Assembly (NCBI GenBank): GCA_002009975.1
Contig: MTLP01000022.1
Location: 48,207 to 112,206 of the forward strand
DNA from: Thermococcus sp. JdFR-02
GTDB taxonomy: Archaea > Methanobacteriota_B > Thermococci > Thermococcales > Thermococcaceae
Direction: 5' to 3'
DNA length: 64,000 nucleotides
Shown: positions 19,101 through 29,907 of the stretch, in pieces
Position numbering within the stretch: the first letter of the stretch is position 1
Layout of the letters: each line of letters begins with the position of its first letter
Notes under the pieces: model-generated
Told to the model about the DNA's origin: nothing
The model's database searches: none
Seen by the model: only the letters and a program-made list of their open reading frames with translations
Program-made: the position numbers and the translations under genes

Positions 19101-21599
19101 ATGAAGGTTTTTCTCATTCCTCATTTTCATTATGATACTGAGTGGGTAATGACAAAAGAGGAGTATGCAAAAGTAGCATCTCAGAACATAAAGCGCTTGC
19201 TGGAAATTATGAGAAAAAACAAGGATTTTAAATTTGTTTTGGATCAATATCTGCTCTTAGAACAGTTCAGCAAATTCTATCCATCTCTTTGGGGAGAGTT
19301 AATTAAGAGAATCAAAGAAGGGAGGATAGAGTTAGTATGTGGAATGTATGTGATGCCAGATGCTTTACTACCAGGGGTGGAGAGTGAAATAAGGCAAATC
19401 CTTTACGCAAAGCCTCTTTTTGAAAAAGTAGGAGGAGAAGTGAAAGTTGGATGGATGATCGATGCCTTTGGTCAGCACTCTCAAACTCCTCAGCTATTCA
19501 AAAAAGCTGGATATAAGTATTATACATTCAAGCGTGGCTATAGGGGAGAACCAACTATGGATTTTATTTGGAAAGGATTGGATGGCAGTGAAATTCTAGT
19601 GCACTATCTCCTTTTCAGTTATGATGCTCTATGGCTTCCAGAAGATGTTGAGTTGGGAGCAAAGCTTCTCCTCAATGCTATAGAAAGGGCTAAACCTCAT
19701 GCAATACATGGACACTTAATGGTCTTAACTGGTTCTGACTTTTCAAAACCAAACCCTAAGCTTCCAGAAATCGTTAAAAGAGCAAGGGAAATCAGTGGAT
19801 TAGACATTAGAATAGCTACTCCAATAGAGTTTCTAAGAGAAATTGAAAAGTTCAAGGATGAACTGCCAATAGTGGAAGATGAAATGATATTCGGAAGGTA
19901 TCATAGAGTATTACCCGGCTGCTATAGTTCCAGAATAAATGTAAAACAAAAGTATCGTGAAGTGGAGTTTCTTTTGCAGGGTGTGGAAACACTTTCCACC
20001 TTTGCTTATATCCTTGGGAAAAGCTATCCAAAAGCAAGATTAAAGAAAGCTTGGAAGCTATTACTTGAAAATGCATTTCATGATGTGATCTGTGGATGTG
20101 GGATAGATGAAATCTATGAGAGTGCAGAAAAGAGATTCGAGGAAAGCAAATCCCTAGCTTTTGAATTATTAGAGAGGGGCATGAAGTTTATAGCAAAATG
20201 CGTTAATACGAGAGGAGATGGAATTCCATTAATACTCTTCAATCCCCTCCCATGGGAAAGAGAAGAAGTTGCTGAATTCTCCATCGATTTAACAGCTTTA
20301 GAGTCCAAAGGCTTTGAGATAGTAAGTCATGAAGGAGAAGAAATCCCCTATGAAGCCCTAAACTTCGAGTTAGACGAAGAAGGAAAAATAACTCAGGTTA
20401 GAGTTCTAGGCAAAGTTAAATTACCACCCTTAGGATATAAGCTGTTCTATGTAAAGCCAAGCAATGAAATCAAGGTTCAAGAAAAAACGGAAGAATTAAA
20501 GATTGAAAATGAATTCTTTAAGGTTGTTTTTAAGCCAGAGATGGGCACTATTGACATATACTCCAATGGAGAGCTAATCATCGAAAACGGAAACGATCTG
20601 GAGATATCAACGGATGTTGGAGATTTGTACTACTCCATCGAACCCAAAGGAGGTTATAAAGTAAAGCTAAGTGAAGCCTTAACAAAGCCCGAATACCTAA
20701 GAGACATTGCAGATATAAAATACGATATTGTTGAGATGTTTAAATCCTCCTCTGAACTAAGAGAGAGCATAAGATACACTGTTAAGGCTATTTGGAGAGA
20801 AGAAACACTGTTTGAAGCTAAAGTTATAGTTTCATTGTACAAAGGAATGCCAAGAATTGACTTTAAGCTTGATATTGACTTTAACTATCCGCACACCATT
20901 CTTAGAGTTTTGTTCCCAACAAAAATTGAGAGCGAAAGCTTTTACTCAGAGATTCCTGGAGGAGTTGTTAAAAGGGAAAAAGTTGTTGAGAGTAAGGGAT
21001 GGGTAGAGGAGCATCCCTCAACTTATCCAGTCCAGAACTGGATAGCCTATGAAGATAATGAAAAAGGAGTTGCTTTGATAAATGCAGGTCTTCCAGAGCA
21101 CAAAATTGAAGATAACACAATAAAGCTCACACTGCTTAGGAGCGTTGATGTAGTCTCTTGGGGAAACGCTGGACCAAGATTCTACACACCAAAAGCCTTA
21201 ATGATAGGTAAGCACACTTTTAGATACTCATTAGTTCCTTACAAAGGCTCATGGAAAGAAAACAAGATCCATAAAATAGCGTATTCCTTTAATGCACCCA
21301 TCTTTGTCCATCAAACTTACAAACATGAGGGTTCATTACCAAAGGAACTTTCAGCTTTAGAAATTAACGATAACTTAGTACTGACAGCATTCAAGAAGGG
21401 TGAAAGAGATGAAGATATAGTAGTCAGATTCTTTGAAACGGAAGGTAAAGAAAGTAATGTAGAACTAAATCTTGGCTTTGAATACCTAAAAGTCGAAGAA
21501 TCTGATTTGCTCGAAAATCCGATAAAAGAGTGGAATTTCAAAGTAAAGCCCTTTGAGATAACCACGCTAAAAATAAAACATAAAAAAGCTAAATCTTAA
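19101..21599 (+). CDS. GH38 alpha-mannosidase (mannosylglycerate hydrolase-like)
   Basis: PHFHYD.EW, DAFG nucleophile motif, FHDVICG and LTLLRSV. Confidence 0.9.
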   Translation: MKVFLIPHFHYDTEWVMTKEEYAKVASQNIKRLLEIMRKNKDFKFVLDQYLLLEQFSKFYPSLWGELIKRIKEGRIELVCGMYVMPDALLPGVESEIRQILYAKPLFEKVGGEVKVGWMIDAFGQHSQTPQLFKKAGYKYYTFKRGYRGEPTMDFIWKGLDGSEILVHYLLFSYDALWLPEDVELGAKLLLNAIERAKPHAIHGHLMVLTGSDFSKPNPKLPEIVKRAREISGLDIRIATPIEFLREIEKFKDELPIVEDEMIFGRYHRVLPGCYSSRINVKQKYREVEFLLQGVETLSTFAYILGKSYPKARLKKAWKLLLENAFHDVICGCGIDEIYESAEKRFEESKSLAFELLERGMKFIAKCVNTRGDGIPLILFNPLPWEREEVAEFSIDLTALESKGFEIVSHEGEEIPYEALNFELDEEGKITQVRVLGKVKLPPLGYKLFYVKPSNEIKVQEKTEELKIENEFFKVVFKPEMGTIDIYSNGELIIENGNDLEISTDVGDLYYSIEPKGGYKVKLSEALTKPEYLRDIADIKYDIVEMFKSSSELRESIRYTVKAIWREETLFEAKVIVSLYKGMPRIDFKLDIDFNYPHTILRVLFPTKIESESFYSEIPGGVVKREKVVESKGWVEEHPSTYPVQNWIAYEDNEKGVALINAGLPEHKIEDNTIKLTLLRSVDVVSWGNAGPRFYTPKALMIGKHTFRYSLVPYKGSWKENKIHKIAYSFNAPIFVHQTYKHEGSLPKELSALEINDNLVLTAFKKGERDEDIVVRFFETEGKESNVELNLGFEYLKVEESDLLENPIKEWNFKVKPFEITTLKIKHKKAKS

Positions 21600-23079
21600 G
21601 AATCTCTTTAACCTCTTCTTTTTCTGCCAAGTTTATTGCTTTAATTCCCCAAAGTTTTGCAATGAATCTTAACTCCTCTCTATAATCCCCTGGAACTGCT
21701 GAAAGATGATTAGCTCCCATTATTTGTAGGAAAGTGTTTTTGTCAAGAGGGTTCTTTATAGCAGTATGGGGCCATTGCTTACCCCATTTAAGTTTTTGTT
21801 CTATCTCTTCGCCTATTTCAACACCTTCCCCAAGGAAGTATAAGAGATAATATTCTCCATCGATTCTAATTAACCTTGTTATCGTCAAAGTTGTCTTTGG
21901 CGTTCTGTAGGTTAATGCTCCTCCGCTTTTCCCTTGGCACTGTCCCTGAATTGTTGTATACCTTAAATTCTCCTCAGGATTTTCGCTAAGCCTTGCATAG
22001 TAAAGGGATGAAGCTCCACAGTTCGCTATTAATATAAGTTCGTCGTCAACGTATTTTATATCCCCAAAGAGGGGTGGTTTTCCGCTTAAGTAGTAGAGCA
22101 AGATCGAACTTATAGTGCCTTTAATGTCACCCTCACAAGTTGCTGGAATGACCTCTTTTTCACCTTTAACATCCAAGTTAAATGGGAACAATGCCGGGAT
22201 TAGACAAGCCGTTACTCCGTAAACTTCAGAAAGTTCTGGTTGACATTTAATTGAAACTCCAACAACTTCGCTCTTATATTCTTCATAAATCTCCTTTGCT
22301 GCTAGATATATCGCAATCTGTCTTCTTAATGCCTCTTGAGTTAGCATCACATTATCATACTTTACTTTAGCCTTCTTATTTAACCAATCAACAAACTCTT
22401 CAACTTTAACTCTTTTCTTTTCATCGCTGAGCATGCTATCGGCTTTCCTTACGATCAAATATTGGTCCAAAAGAAGTAAGTCTCCAATAAAGCGCTTTAA
22501 TCTTGGTAGATCATCCATTAAATGTTCCATCCCCAATGTATACGGTGCTCCCCAAACGAGCAAAGATTTCTTTGATAGCTTGGCTATAGCCTCAACTGCC
22601 CTTCCCCATGCTTTTAGCTTTTCTAAATCACCCTTAAGCCTAACATGATGTAGAGCATAAAAGTTAACTGCACTTTCCCAAAGTGAAGCTCCAACTGATG
22701 TAACACAAGTTGTTCCTGCCCAAGAGATATCATCGTCTGCATAAAGTAATAGTGGCTTGTTTGTCTCTTTAGCTAAAAGTGTAACTAAATTACTTTCTGT
22801 CCAGTGCCATAAGCCAAGAATAATGCCCGAAACTTCGTTAGAATTTATAAACTTTGATGCTTCAAACACCTCATCTTTCTCATCTATTCCAAAGTTCTGA
22901 CCTTTTTCAAAGGCTTCATATTTTTTGAGCTCTTTGTTAACATCCAAGACTTCAAAGCCCTCTTTTTTAAGCTCATTAATCAAGTTTTGATGCTTCTCCA
23001 TCAATGCCCTTTCCCTTTCAATTGATAGGGAAGTTTTTCTTGGATCTGTAAAAGTTGCTATGGCTAACATTTTAAACAC
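21589..23079 (-). CDS. L-fucose/L-arabinose isomerase family protein
   Basis: IKCQPEL, TCEGD and ANH motifs. Confidence 0.8.
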   Translation of the reverse strand: MFKMLAIATFTDPRKTSLSIERERALMEKHQNLINELKKEGFEVLDVNKELKKYEAFEKGQNFGIDEKDEVFEASKFINSNEVSGIILGLWHWTESNLVTLLAKETNKPLLLYADDDISWAGTTCVTSVGASLWESAVNFYALHHVRLKGDLEKLKAWGRAVEAIAKLSKKSLLVWGAPYTLGMEHLMDDLPRLKRFIGDLLLLDQYLIVRKADSMLSDEKKRVKVEEFVDWLNKKAKVKYDNVMLTQEALRRQIAIYLAAKEIYEEYKSEVVGVSIKCQPELSEVYGVTACLIPALFPFNLDVKGEKEVIPATCEGDIKGTISSILLYYLSGKPPLFGDIKYVDDELILIANCGASSLYYARLSENPEENLRYTTIQGQCQGKSGGALTYRTPKTTLTITRLIRIDGEYYLLYFLGEGVEIGEEIEQKLKWGKQWPHTAIKNPLDKNTFLQIMGANHLSAVPGDYREELRFIAKLWGIKAINLAEKEEVKEILKI

Positions 23080-23082
23080 CCC

Positions 23083-24102
23083 CTACTCTATAAGTGATAG
23101 TTTAATTTTTGTACACTCATAATCCTCTAAAACAGCAAACATTCCCCCAATCTTTACGATTCCAGTCTCTGTTTCAACATCGAAGTTATCAATACCCTCT
23201 TCGAAGGCAATAGTGTAGCCAATAATCCTTCCTTCAATTTTCTCAATCTCACCGGTCTCTAAGTTTTTAGCTATAAGCTCAGCGTATATGTTGTTGTTTT
23301 TTAAATGCCTTTTAATAAAGTCAGCTGCATGGAACGTTGTAAAAAACCTTATATCGTTTTTTCTCCTTATGCTTTCCATAGTTAAGCTTGATTCCTTAAA
23401 CGCTTCTCTAATAAAGCTGTATTGAGCAAAAATTATTTCTGGATATGTTGCCTTGAAGCTAGGGGGATTCCTTGGTCTAAAACCAATGTTTTGAATATCT
23501 ATAACTTCCTTTCCATCGGTCATTCCTATAAAGTGATTTAGCTTGTGAAATTTCCTTACAAATAAGTTTCCAATACCAATCAGCTCGGATAAATCGATTC
23601 TATCTTCTGTGTAGAGGGAAACGGTTACACCGTTTTTAAGAGCAATTCTTATGCTATCCTCTATACTTCCAAGAAACTTTTCGGGAGCTACTAGAATCAC
23701 CTCATATTCAGCGTTTCTTAAGGATTCATTTGTCATTTCAACAGCTTCATCCAAAGAGGTTGTTCTCCAAATACCCGGTCTTTCTTCATCAACCTTAACT
23801 TTTCTAAGCGCGCTTTCCAGTTTTTGTTTAATCTCGTCAAGCTCTTTTTTAAATCTCAAAAAAGCAACGCTTGGACTAAATGCAACATAAACTGTTGGTG
23901 ACCCCTCAATTTCACTAACAAATCCTCTCATCTTTAATGAAGCAATAGTATCGTAAACCCTATTATATGGAATTCCACTTCTCTTTGAGATATCCTTAGC
24001 AGTGCTTGGTCCATAAACTAAGAGGGTCCAATAGGCTAAAGCTTCATATTTTGTAAAGCCAAGTTTTGTAAATGCCGATAATATCTCCCCGGTTATCTCC
24101 AC
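23083..24102 (-). CDS. trmB: TrmB sugar-sensing regulator
   Basis: [30 protein letters not shown]; [11 protein letters not shown]; adjacent to treT. Confidence 0.92.
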   Translation of the reverse strand: MEITGEILSAFTKLGFTKYEALAYWTLLVYGPSTAKDISKRSGIPYNRVYDTIASLKMRGFVSEIEGSPTVYVAFSPSVAFLRFKKELDEIKQKLESALRKVKVDEERPGIWRTTSLDEAVEMTNESLRNAEYEVILVAPEKFLGSIEDSIRIALKNGVTVSLYTEDRIDLSELIGIGNLFVRKFHKLNHFIGMTDGKEVIDIQNIGFRPRNPPSFKATYPEIIFAQYSFIREAFKESSLTMESIRRKNDIRFFTTFHAADFIKRHLKNNNIYAELIAKNLETGEIEKIEGRIIGYTIAFEEGIDNFDVETETGIVKIGGMFAVLEDYECTKIKLSLIE

Positions 24103-24144
24103 TTCATTCCCCCTCTTAAAAAATGGGTTTCAAAAATATAAAAA

Positions 24145-25380
24145 TTAACCCAAAGAATTGAGCAGGTCTAAGTATCTTTCCAAGTGTTTTGTTATGAGGA
24201 AGTTCTCCTTGACCCTCTCTTTTGCTTTCTCCCCCATCTTTTTGCCAATCTCTGGATGTTTTAGTAAATAAAGAGTTTTTTCCACAGCTTCATTTACGTC
24301 CTTAACTAAAAAGCCGCTTTCCCCATCAACTATTTGAAGCCTTATACCTCCAACTGCTCTTCCTATTACTGGGTTTTCTTTCCACATAGCTTCGCTAACC
24401 GTTAAGCCAAATCCTTCTCTAATTGACATTTGCAGAACAACATCGCTTGCCCTCTGGAATGCATTCACTTCCTTAGCATGAACTCCAATCAAGTTGGTTA
24501 GAACATGTACATCGTAATCTTCGCCAATCTTTCTCAAAGTTTTTTCAAAGTAAACCCATCCTTCTGGATCGTCGTGAGCCATTACACCTACAAGCAAAAG
24601 CTGGACATCTGGAATCTTTTCCTTTACTTTGCGATAAACGTCTATAACATCAAATATGCCTTTCCAAGGATCAAAGCGTGAAACTTGTGTAATTATTGGC
24701 TTTTCAGGATCAATATCAAAGCGCTCTAACGTTTTTAATATTTCAGTTTCACTAAGTTCAAAGTTCTTTTCACTCAATGGATCAATTGAAGGAGGCATTA
24801 CAACTACTCTATTCCCCTCCAAATCGTTTTGGACATATTCCGCCATATGGAAAATATAGCGATCATATCTTTCCACAAACTGCCTCAAAAACTTCCAAAA
24901 TTCTAAATTAGGATCGCTTAAATCAATATGACATCTCCATACCCAAGGAACCCTCTTTTCATAGAAGTCTATTAATGCTGCTGGTTGAGGGTCATGAATT
25001 ATCACAAAATCTTGGCTTAAATCAAGGTTTTCTGCGTTTTTCTTGTTAACTCTTAGGTATATATCTTTCATCTCTTGGGTCAGCTTTAATTCTTTATTTC
25101 CTTGAAGTGCATTGTGGAATGTTTTTGTAACATTAAAGAACTCATCGCTACCTTCAATCACAAACCATTTTGCATCGATTCCAAGATTCCTCATTAAAGG
25201 TATCAAATTGTGAAGTATCTCTGCAACCCCTCCTCCATATGCTGTAGAGTTTACATGAGAGACACTTTTCCCAGCTAATTTTTCTGCTTTCACTTTTATT
25301 TTCTCTATATTTTCTTTTCCAATAATCTCTGAGTAGTCTTCAATTTTCTTGTCTCCTCCAGCGAACTTTTTAACCTCCAT
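24145..25380 (-). CDS. treT: Trehalose synthase TreT (GT4)
   Basis: NST.YGGGVAE, HDPQP, WRCHID, RFDPWKG and EGFGLTVSEA. Confidence 0.95.
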   Translation of the reverse strand: MEVKKFAGGDKKIEDYSEIIGKENIEKIKVKAEKLAGKSVSHVNSTAYGGGVAEILHNLIPLMRNLGIDAKWFVIEGSDEFFNVTKTFHNALQGNKELKLTQEMKDIYLRVNKKNAENLDLSQDFVIIHDPQPAALIDFYEKRVPWVWRCHIDLSDPNLEFWKFLRQFVERYDRYIFHMAEYVQNDLEGNRVVVMPPSIDPLSEKNFELSETEILKTLERFDIDPEKPIITQVSRFDPWKGIFDVIDVYRKVKEKIPDVQLLLVGVMAHDDPEGWVYFEKTLRKIGEDYDVHVLTNLIGVHAKEVNAFQRASDVVLQMSIREGFGLTVSEAMWKENPVIGRAVGGIRLQIVDGESGFLVKDVNEAVEKTLYLLKHPEIGKKMGEKAKERVKENFLITKHLERYLDLLNSLG

Positions 25381-25395
25381 GTAATCACCATCCTA

Positions 25396-25410
25396 TATAC
25401 TGTTAGTATA
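25396..25410. promoter_or_regulatory. TrmB-type operator TATACT-GTT-AGTATA upstream of treT
   Basis: Matches the TACT-N3-AGTA palindrome known for Thermococcales TrmB. Confidence 0.7.
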
Positions 25411-25599
25411 CATAAAAACATTCAATTTATACTCGTCGCATTCACTATATAAAATTATCTCAACATACTTATTTTTGACAGGATAACCAAAAATGTGTTT
25501 GATATTAATTAAATTTTTAAACTAAAATTAATTGCGTTATTCCAATAAATTCTTTATAAATATCATGGAAGTTTTTCATTCGGCACCAAAAACTATAAA

Positions 25600-25618
25600 T
25601 ATATACAAAAAGTATATA
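25600..25618. promoter_or_regulatory. TrmB-type operator TATATAC-AAAAA-GTATATA upstream of the second ABC operon
   Basis: Perfect 7-bp dyad next to the TATA box; same spacing as the treT site. Confidence 0.65.
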
Positions 25619-25648
25619 ATGACGAAAATTGTACTGGGGTGACTAATA

Positions 25649-26953
25649 GTGACAAGCTTGTTTAAGAAAGTTGCTTTGTTGATGACTATTGTGCTTTTAG
25701 GAGCTGTTGTAGCTGGATGTATCTCCCAAAAGGAGCAAACACCAACCCCAACAGAAACCGAAACAAAAGCTGAAGTAGTTGAAGTAGTTGTTTATGGACA
25801 ATGGGGTGGGAGTGAAGGAGAGGCTTTCATGAAAGCCTTACAAGAATATGATAATGCCCATCCAGAAGTGAAAATTAAATACGTTCAACAATCAAAGCTT
25901 AGAGATGCTGTTCTTAGTGAACTAGCTGCTGGCTCACCAAACTTTGATATTGCAATCCTACCATGGCCAGCTCTTATAAAAGAGCTTGGTCAAAAAGGTC
26001 AATTAGAAGACTTAACACCAATTGTAAACAAATATTCTGGACAAATTATGCAAAACCTTCTTGATCCAGTTAATCTTAATGGTGTTTACTATGGAATTCC
26101 AATTAAAGCATGGGCAAAGCCAGGTATTTGGTATAATGTTCATGTATTCAAAGACAACAATTTAGAACCACCAAAGACATTAGATGAACTAAAGCAAGTT
26201 TGTGATGTCTTAAAAGCTAAAGGTATTCAGCCAATGGCAAGTGGTGCTGCTGATAAATGGCCACTAAGTGATGTGTTTGAGGCTGTTCTTCTTAAAGTTG
26301 GAGGTCCAGAGCTTCACCAAAAATTAATGAAGCATGAAGTTGCATGGACAGACCCACAAGTTGTTGAAGCCTTCAAGGTCTTAAGTGATCTATTGAAACA
26401 AGGTTGCTATGGTGATCCTAAGGTTGCCATCGGTGAGAAATGGGAAGCTCAAGTAGCTCGCTTAGGAAACGGAGAAGTTGCAATGTACTTCATGGGTAAC
26501 TGGATGAACTTAATGCTGCAAAGCCAAGGATTTAAACCAGGTGACGATTACAACTTAATACCATTCCCAACAATCAAAGAAGGAGTTAAGCCAGCTATAG
26601 TAGCTGGTGGAGATTGGGTTATCGTTCCAAAGGGTGCTCCACACAAAGATGCCGCACTAAAGCTTGCAGAGTGGCTTGCAGGTCCAGAGTACCAAGAAAT
26701 AATGGTAAGGCAAAAAGGTTATTTGGCACCTAACTTAAAGGTTCCAAAAGAGGCTTATGATCCAGTTGATGGAAAGATTGTTTATGAGATCATGGCTAAC
26801 TCAGTAGTGGTACCAGACTTAGACGATAACGTCCCAAGTGGATTCCAACCAGTAATTTGGGACAAACTCTTTGAGCTTTGGGCAAACCCAGACAACTACC
26901 AACAAATTGCTGAAGAATTAGAAAAAGCAGCAAAGGATTACTACTCAAGTTAA
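25649..26953 (+). CDS. Sugar ABC substrate-binding lipoprotein (alpha-glucoside-type)
   Basis: Lipobox VAGC; K.GIWYN, WPLSD.FE and GGD motifs. Confidence 0.88.
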   Translation: MTSLFKKVALLMTIVLLGAVVAGCISQKEQTPTPTETETKAEVVEVVVYGQWGGSEGEAFMKALQEYDNAHPEVKIKYVQQSKLRDAVLSELAAGSPNFDIAILPWPALIKELGQKGQLEDLTPIVNKYSGQIMQNLLDPVNLNGVYYGIPIKAWAKPGIWYNVHVFKDNNLEPPKTLDELKQVCDVLKAKGIQPMASGAADKWPLSDVFEAVLLKVGGPELHQKLMKHEVAWTDPQVVEAFKVLSDLLKQGCYGDPKVAIGEKWEAQVARLGNGEVAMYFMGNWMNLMLQSQGFKPGDDYNLIPFPTIKEGVKPAIVAGGDWVIVPKGAPHKDAALKLAEWLAGPEYQEIMVRQKGYLAPNLKVPKEAYDPVDGKIVYEIMANSVVVPDLDDNVPSGFQPVIWDKLFELWANPDNYQQIAEELEKAAKDYYSS

Positions 26954-26964
26954 AGGTGATGTAA

Positions 26965-27849
26965 ATGGGCGGAAGGAGGAAATATAACCTCAATAAAGAT
27001 TTCTTTTTCCTGATGACGCCCGCATTTACTTTACTTTTTATTTTTATAATCTACCCAATTTTAAATACCTTTTATCTAGGTTTCTTTAAATGGGATGGAT
27101 TTACTCCCCCAGAATTTGTTGGATTACAAAACTATGCTAAAATGCTTGACTATAGCTTATTTTGGACTTCAATAAAAAATAATCTGTTTATATTCATGAT
27201 CTTCCTTCCATTGGTCACGCTATTGGGGCTTGGTTTTGCCATATTATTGCACAATAAGGAAGTTGTGGGTAGGAACGTATTGAGAGGTATAGTGATGCTT
27301 GGAATGGTCATGCCTCTAACAGTTGTAGGTATTGTTTGGATGCTCTTATTAGATCCACGCTCTGGAATAATTAATAGGGTTCTTGAGTTACTTGGAGGCT
27401 CTCCAAGAGCCTGGATACAAGATCCATCCACTGCAATTTATTTCGTTATTATAGGTTCTTTATGGGCATGGGGTGGTTTCTCAACAACAGTATTTTTAGC
27501 TGGTCTTGAAGGTATTGATAAAGAAATTTTAGAGGCTTCTTTAATTGATGGGGCAAACCCATGGCAAAAGTTTAGATATGTCATTCTCCCCCTCTTAAAG
27601 CCCGCTTTAATAGTCGTAGTCACAATGAGTTCAATCTACATATTAAAGGTGTTCGATTTAATATTCGTTCTTTCAGCAGAGTCTCCACCACTTTATCTAT
27701 CAGTCTTAGCGTATTTAGTGTACTATGAAGCGTTCTTTAGGTATAGGTGGGGCTTTGCAGCCGCTGTAGCGACTTTCCTAACTATATCAGTCTTTGTATT
27801 CTCAATTGGAATGCTGAAGAGGATGATAGAAGAAAGGAGGGGATACTAG
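26965..27849 (+). CDS. Sugar ABC permease
   Basis: FVGLQNY and EASLIDGA. Confidence 0.92.
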   Translation: MGGRRKYNLNKDFFFLMTPAFTLLFIFIIYPILNTFYLGFFKWDGFTPPEFVGLQNYAKMLDYSLFWTSIKNNLFIFMIFLPLVTLLGLGFAILLHNKEVVGRNVLRGIVMLGMVMPLTVVGIVWMLLLDPRSGIINRVLELLGGSPRAWIQDPSTAIYFVIIGSLWAWGGFSTTVFLAGLEGIDKEILEASLIDGANPWQKFRYVILPLLKPALIVVVTMSSIYILKVFDLIFVLSAESPPLYLSVLAYLVYYEAFFRYRWGFAAAVATFLTISVFVFSIGMLKRMIEERRGY

Positions 27850-28673
27850 TGGTCAAGGTTACTATGAAGTACAAAATCACAATAAATCTAGTAGCTTGGA
27901 TTATTGGAGCTCTGCTCTTAATACCTCTTTTAGCTTTAGTAATGGCTTCAATCAGACCTTTTAGTGAAGTTGTTACTGGATGGTGGAAACTAAGCAATGC
28001 CCATTTTACTTTAGAGAACTATATTGATGTTATAGGCAGGGGATTTTCAAGGCATGTTTTGAACTCTATAATAATTGCCGTTTTTGCGACTGTTCTACCT
28101 TTGCTAATTGCAGGAATGGCAGCTTATGGTTTCACATCGTTTAGTTTTCCAATAAAAACAATGATATTCCTCACATTGGTTGCTATTCAAGTTGTGCCAC
28201 AACAAGCAGTTATTATACCTCTCTTAAAGCTTTTTAGAGATTTAGGATTCTATAATCACTTTTACGGAATAATACTAGTTCACTCAGCCTTTGCATTGCC
28301 TTGGACAATATTCTTCCTAAGAAGCTTTTTCATGACAATACCAAAAGATTATGAAGAGGCTGCTAAAATAGATGGACTTAGTGATACAATGATTTACTTT
28401 AAAATTATACTTCCGATAGCACTACCAGCTATTATCAGCGTTGCAGTTGTTCAATTCATCTTCGTTTGGCAAGACTTATTCTTTGCAATTACTCTCTTAA
28501 GACCAGAAAATTGGCCAGCGTCTGCTGGAATAACAAGGTTTGTTAGTAGATACAATCCAAATTGGGGACAGTTAACAGCTGCAGGTGTACTAACTATCCT
28601 TGTTCCAATAGTAGTTTACATAGCATTGCAGAAGTACTACATGAAAGGTGTCTCTGGCGGAATAAAAGGCTGA
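27849..28673 (+). CDS. Sugar ABC permease
   Basis: EEAAKIDG; true start near GTG 27849 or ATG 27864. Confidence 0.92.
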   Translation: MVKVTMKYKITINLVAWIIGALLLIPLLALVMASIRPFSEVVTGWWKLSNAHFTLENYIDVIGRGFSRHVLNSIIIAVFATVLPLLIAGMAAYGFTSFSFPIKTMIFLTLVAIQVVPQQAVIIPLLKLFRDLGFYNHFYGIILVHSAFALPWTIFFLRSFFMTIPKDYEEAAKIDGLSDTMIYFKIILPIALPAIISVAVVQFIFVWQDLFFAITLLRPENWPASAGITRFVSRYNPNWGQLTAAGVLTILVPIVVYIALQKYYMKGVSGGIKG

Positions 28674-28712
28674 ATACTTCTTTTCTTTTAAACAACATTA
28701 GGGGGGTAGGAG

Positions 28713-29903
28713 ATGGAGTTTATCTTAGGTGTTAATTACTGGCCAAGAAAGAAAGCTATGTTCTGGTGGAAAGACTTTGATCAAAAAGAAGTTGAAGATG
28801 AATTTCAGATAATCAAGGAGCTAAATCTCGATGTTGTTAGGATCTTCCTCCTTTGGGAGGACTTTCAACCAAAAATTGATAAGATTGATGAGAAAAGCGT
28901 TAAAAATCTTGGAAAAGTTTTGGATATTGCCAATGATCTTGATTTAAAAGTTATTCCAACTTTCTTCATAGGACATATGAGCGGCATAAACTGGCTTCCA
29001 GAATGGGCTTTAGACAATAAACCACATGAAAGATTCTCAACTTATTCAAATGGAAAAATCCTCGATTTAAGGGCTAAAGACATCTATGAGGATGAAGAAA
29101 TGTTGAAAGCTGAAAAGCTTTTAATTAATTCAATAACAGCCGAATTCAGGGATTCTCCAGTTATTTTTGCCTGGGACATCTCAAACGAAATTGATAACGT
29201 TAGAGTTCCAAAAACTCCTGAAGCTGGAAAAAGGTGGGTGAAGCTCATTTATGAGACCATAAAAGAGAATGACAACAGACCAGTAACCTTTGGAATTCAT
29301 CAAGAAGACATCGATAGGGACAAGCATTTTAGAGTTCAAGACGTTGCACAGTTTAATGATTTCTTATGTATGCATGCATATTCAGTTTATGCTGATTGGG
29401 CAGAGAATCCCTTAGATCCATATGTAGTTCCCTTTGCCTGTCTCTTGACTAAAGCCTTAGGTAAAAAAGAAGTTTTAATGGAAGAGTTTGGAATGCCAAT
29501 TGTCAAAGGAGAAACAAAAAGAGTGGAGTCTTATACTGGAAAAGAAAAAGCTTGGCACTACCTAATCAATGAGGAAGAGGCAGCAAAGTGGCTTGAAGAA
29601 ACTCTAAAGTTGTTATATGAATTCGGAGTTTTGGGAGCTTTGTACTGGAACTTTTCCGACTATCATGAAAGCCTTTGGGATAAACCACCCTTTGACAAAG
29701 AGATACATGAAAGGTTCTTTGGACTTTTGAGGAGTGATGGAAGTTTTAAACCAACTGCATTGGTAATTAAGAACTTCAAAGAGAAAATGAAAAATCTAAA
29801 AAGAAGAGAAGTTTTTATAGAAGTTCCAGAGAATTATTATGAAAATCCAAAGGAAAATCTTGTAAAGCTTTATAGGAAGTTTCTCAAAAACATGAGAGGG
29901 TGA
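28713..29903 (+). CDS. Clan GH-A glycoside hydrolase (GH5-like beta-mannosidase/glycosidase)
   Basis: GVNYWP, WDISNE (acid/base) and MEEFG (nucleophile). Confidence 0.82.
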   Translation: MEFILGVNYWPRKKAMFWWKDFDQKEVEDEFQIIKELNLDVVRIFLLWEDFQPKIDKIDEKSVKNLGKVLDIANDLDLKVIPTFFIGHMSGINWLPEWALDNKPHERFSTYSNGKILDLRAKDIYEDEEMLKAEKLLINSITAEFRDSPVIFAWDISNEIDNVRVPKTPEAGKRWVKLIYETIKENDNRPVTFGIHQEDIDRDKHFRVQDVAQFNDFLCMHAYSVYADWAENPLDPYVVPFACLLTKALGKKEVLMEEFGMPIVKGETKRVESYTGKEKAWHYLINEEEAAKWLEETLKLLYEFGVLGALYWNFSDYHESLWDKPPFDKEIHERFFGLLRSDGSFKPTALVIKNFKEKMKNLKRREVFIEVPENYYENPKENLVKLYRKFLKNMRG

Positions 29904-29907
29904 AAGC

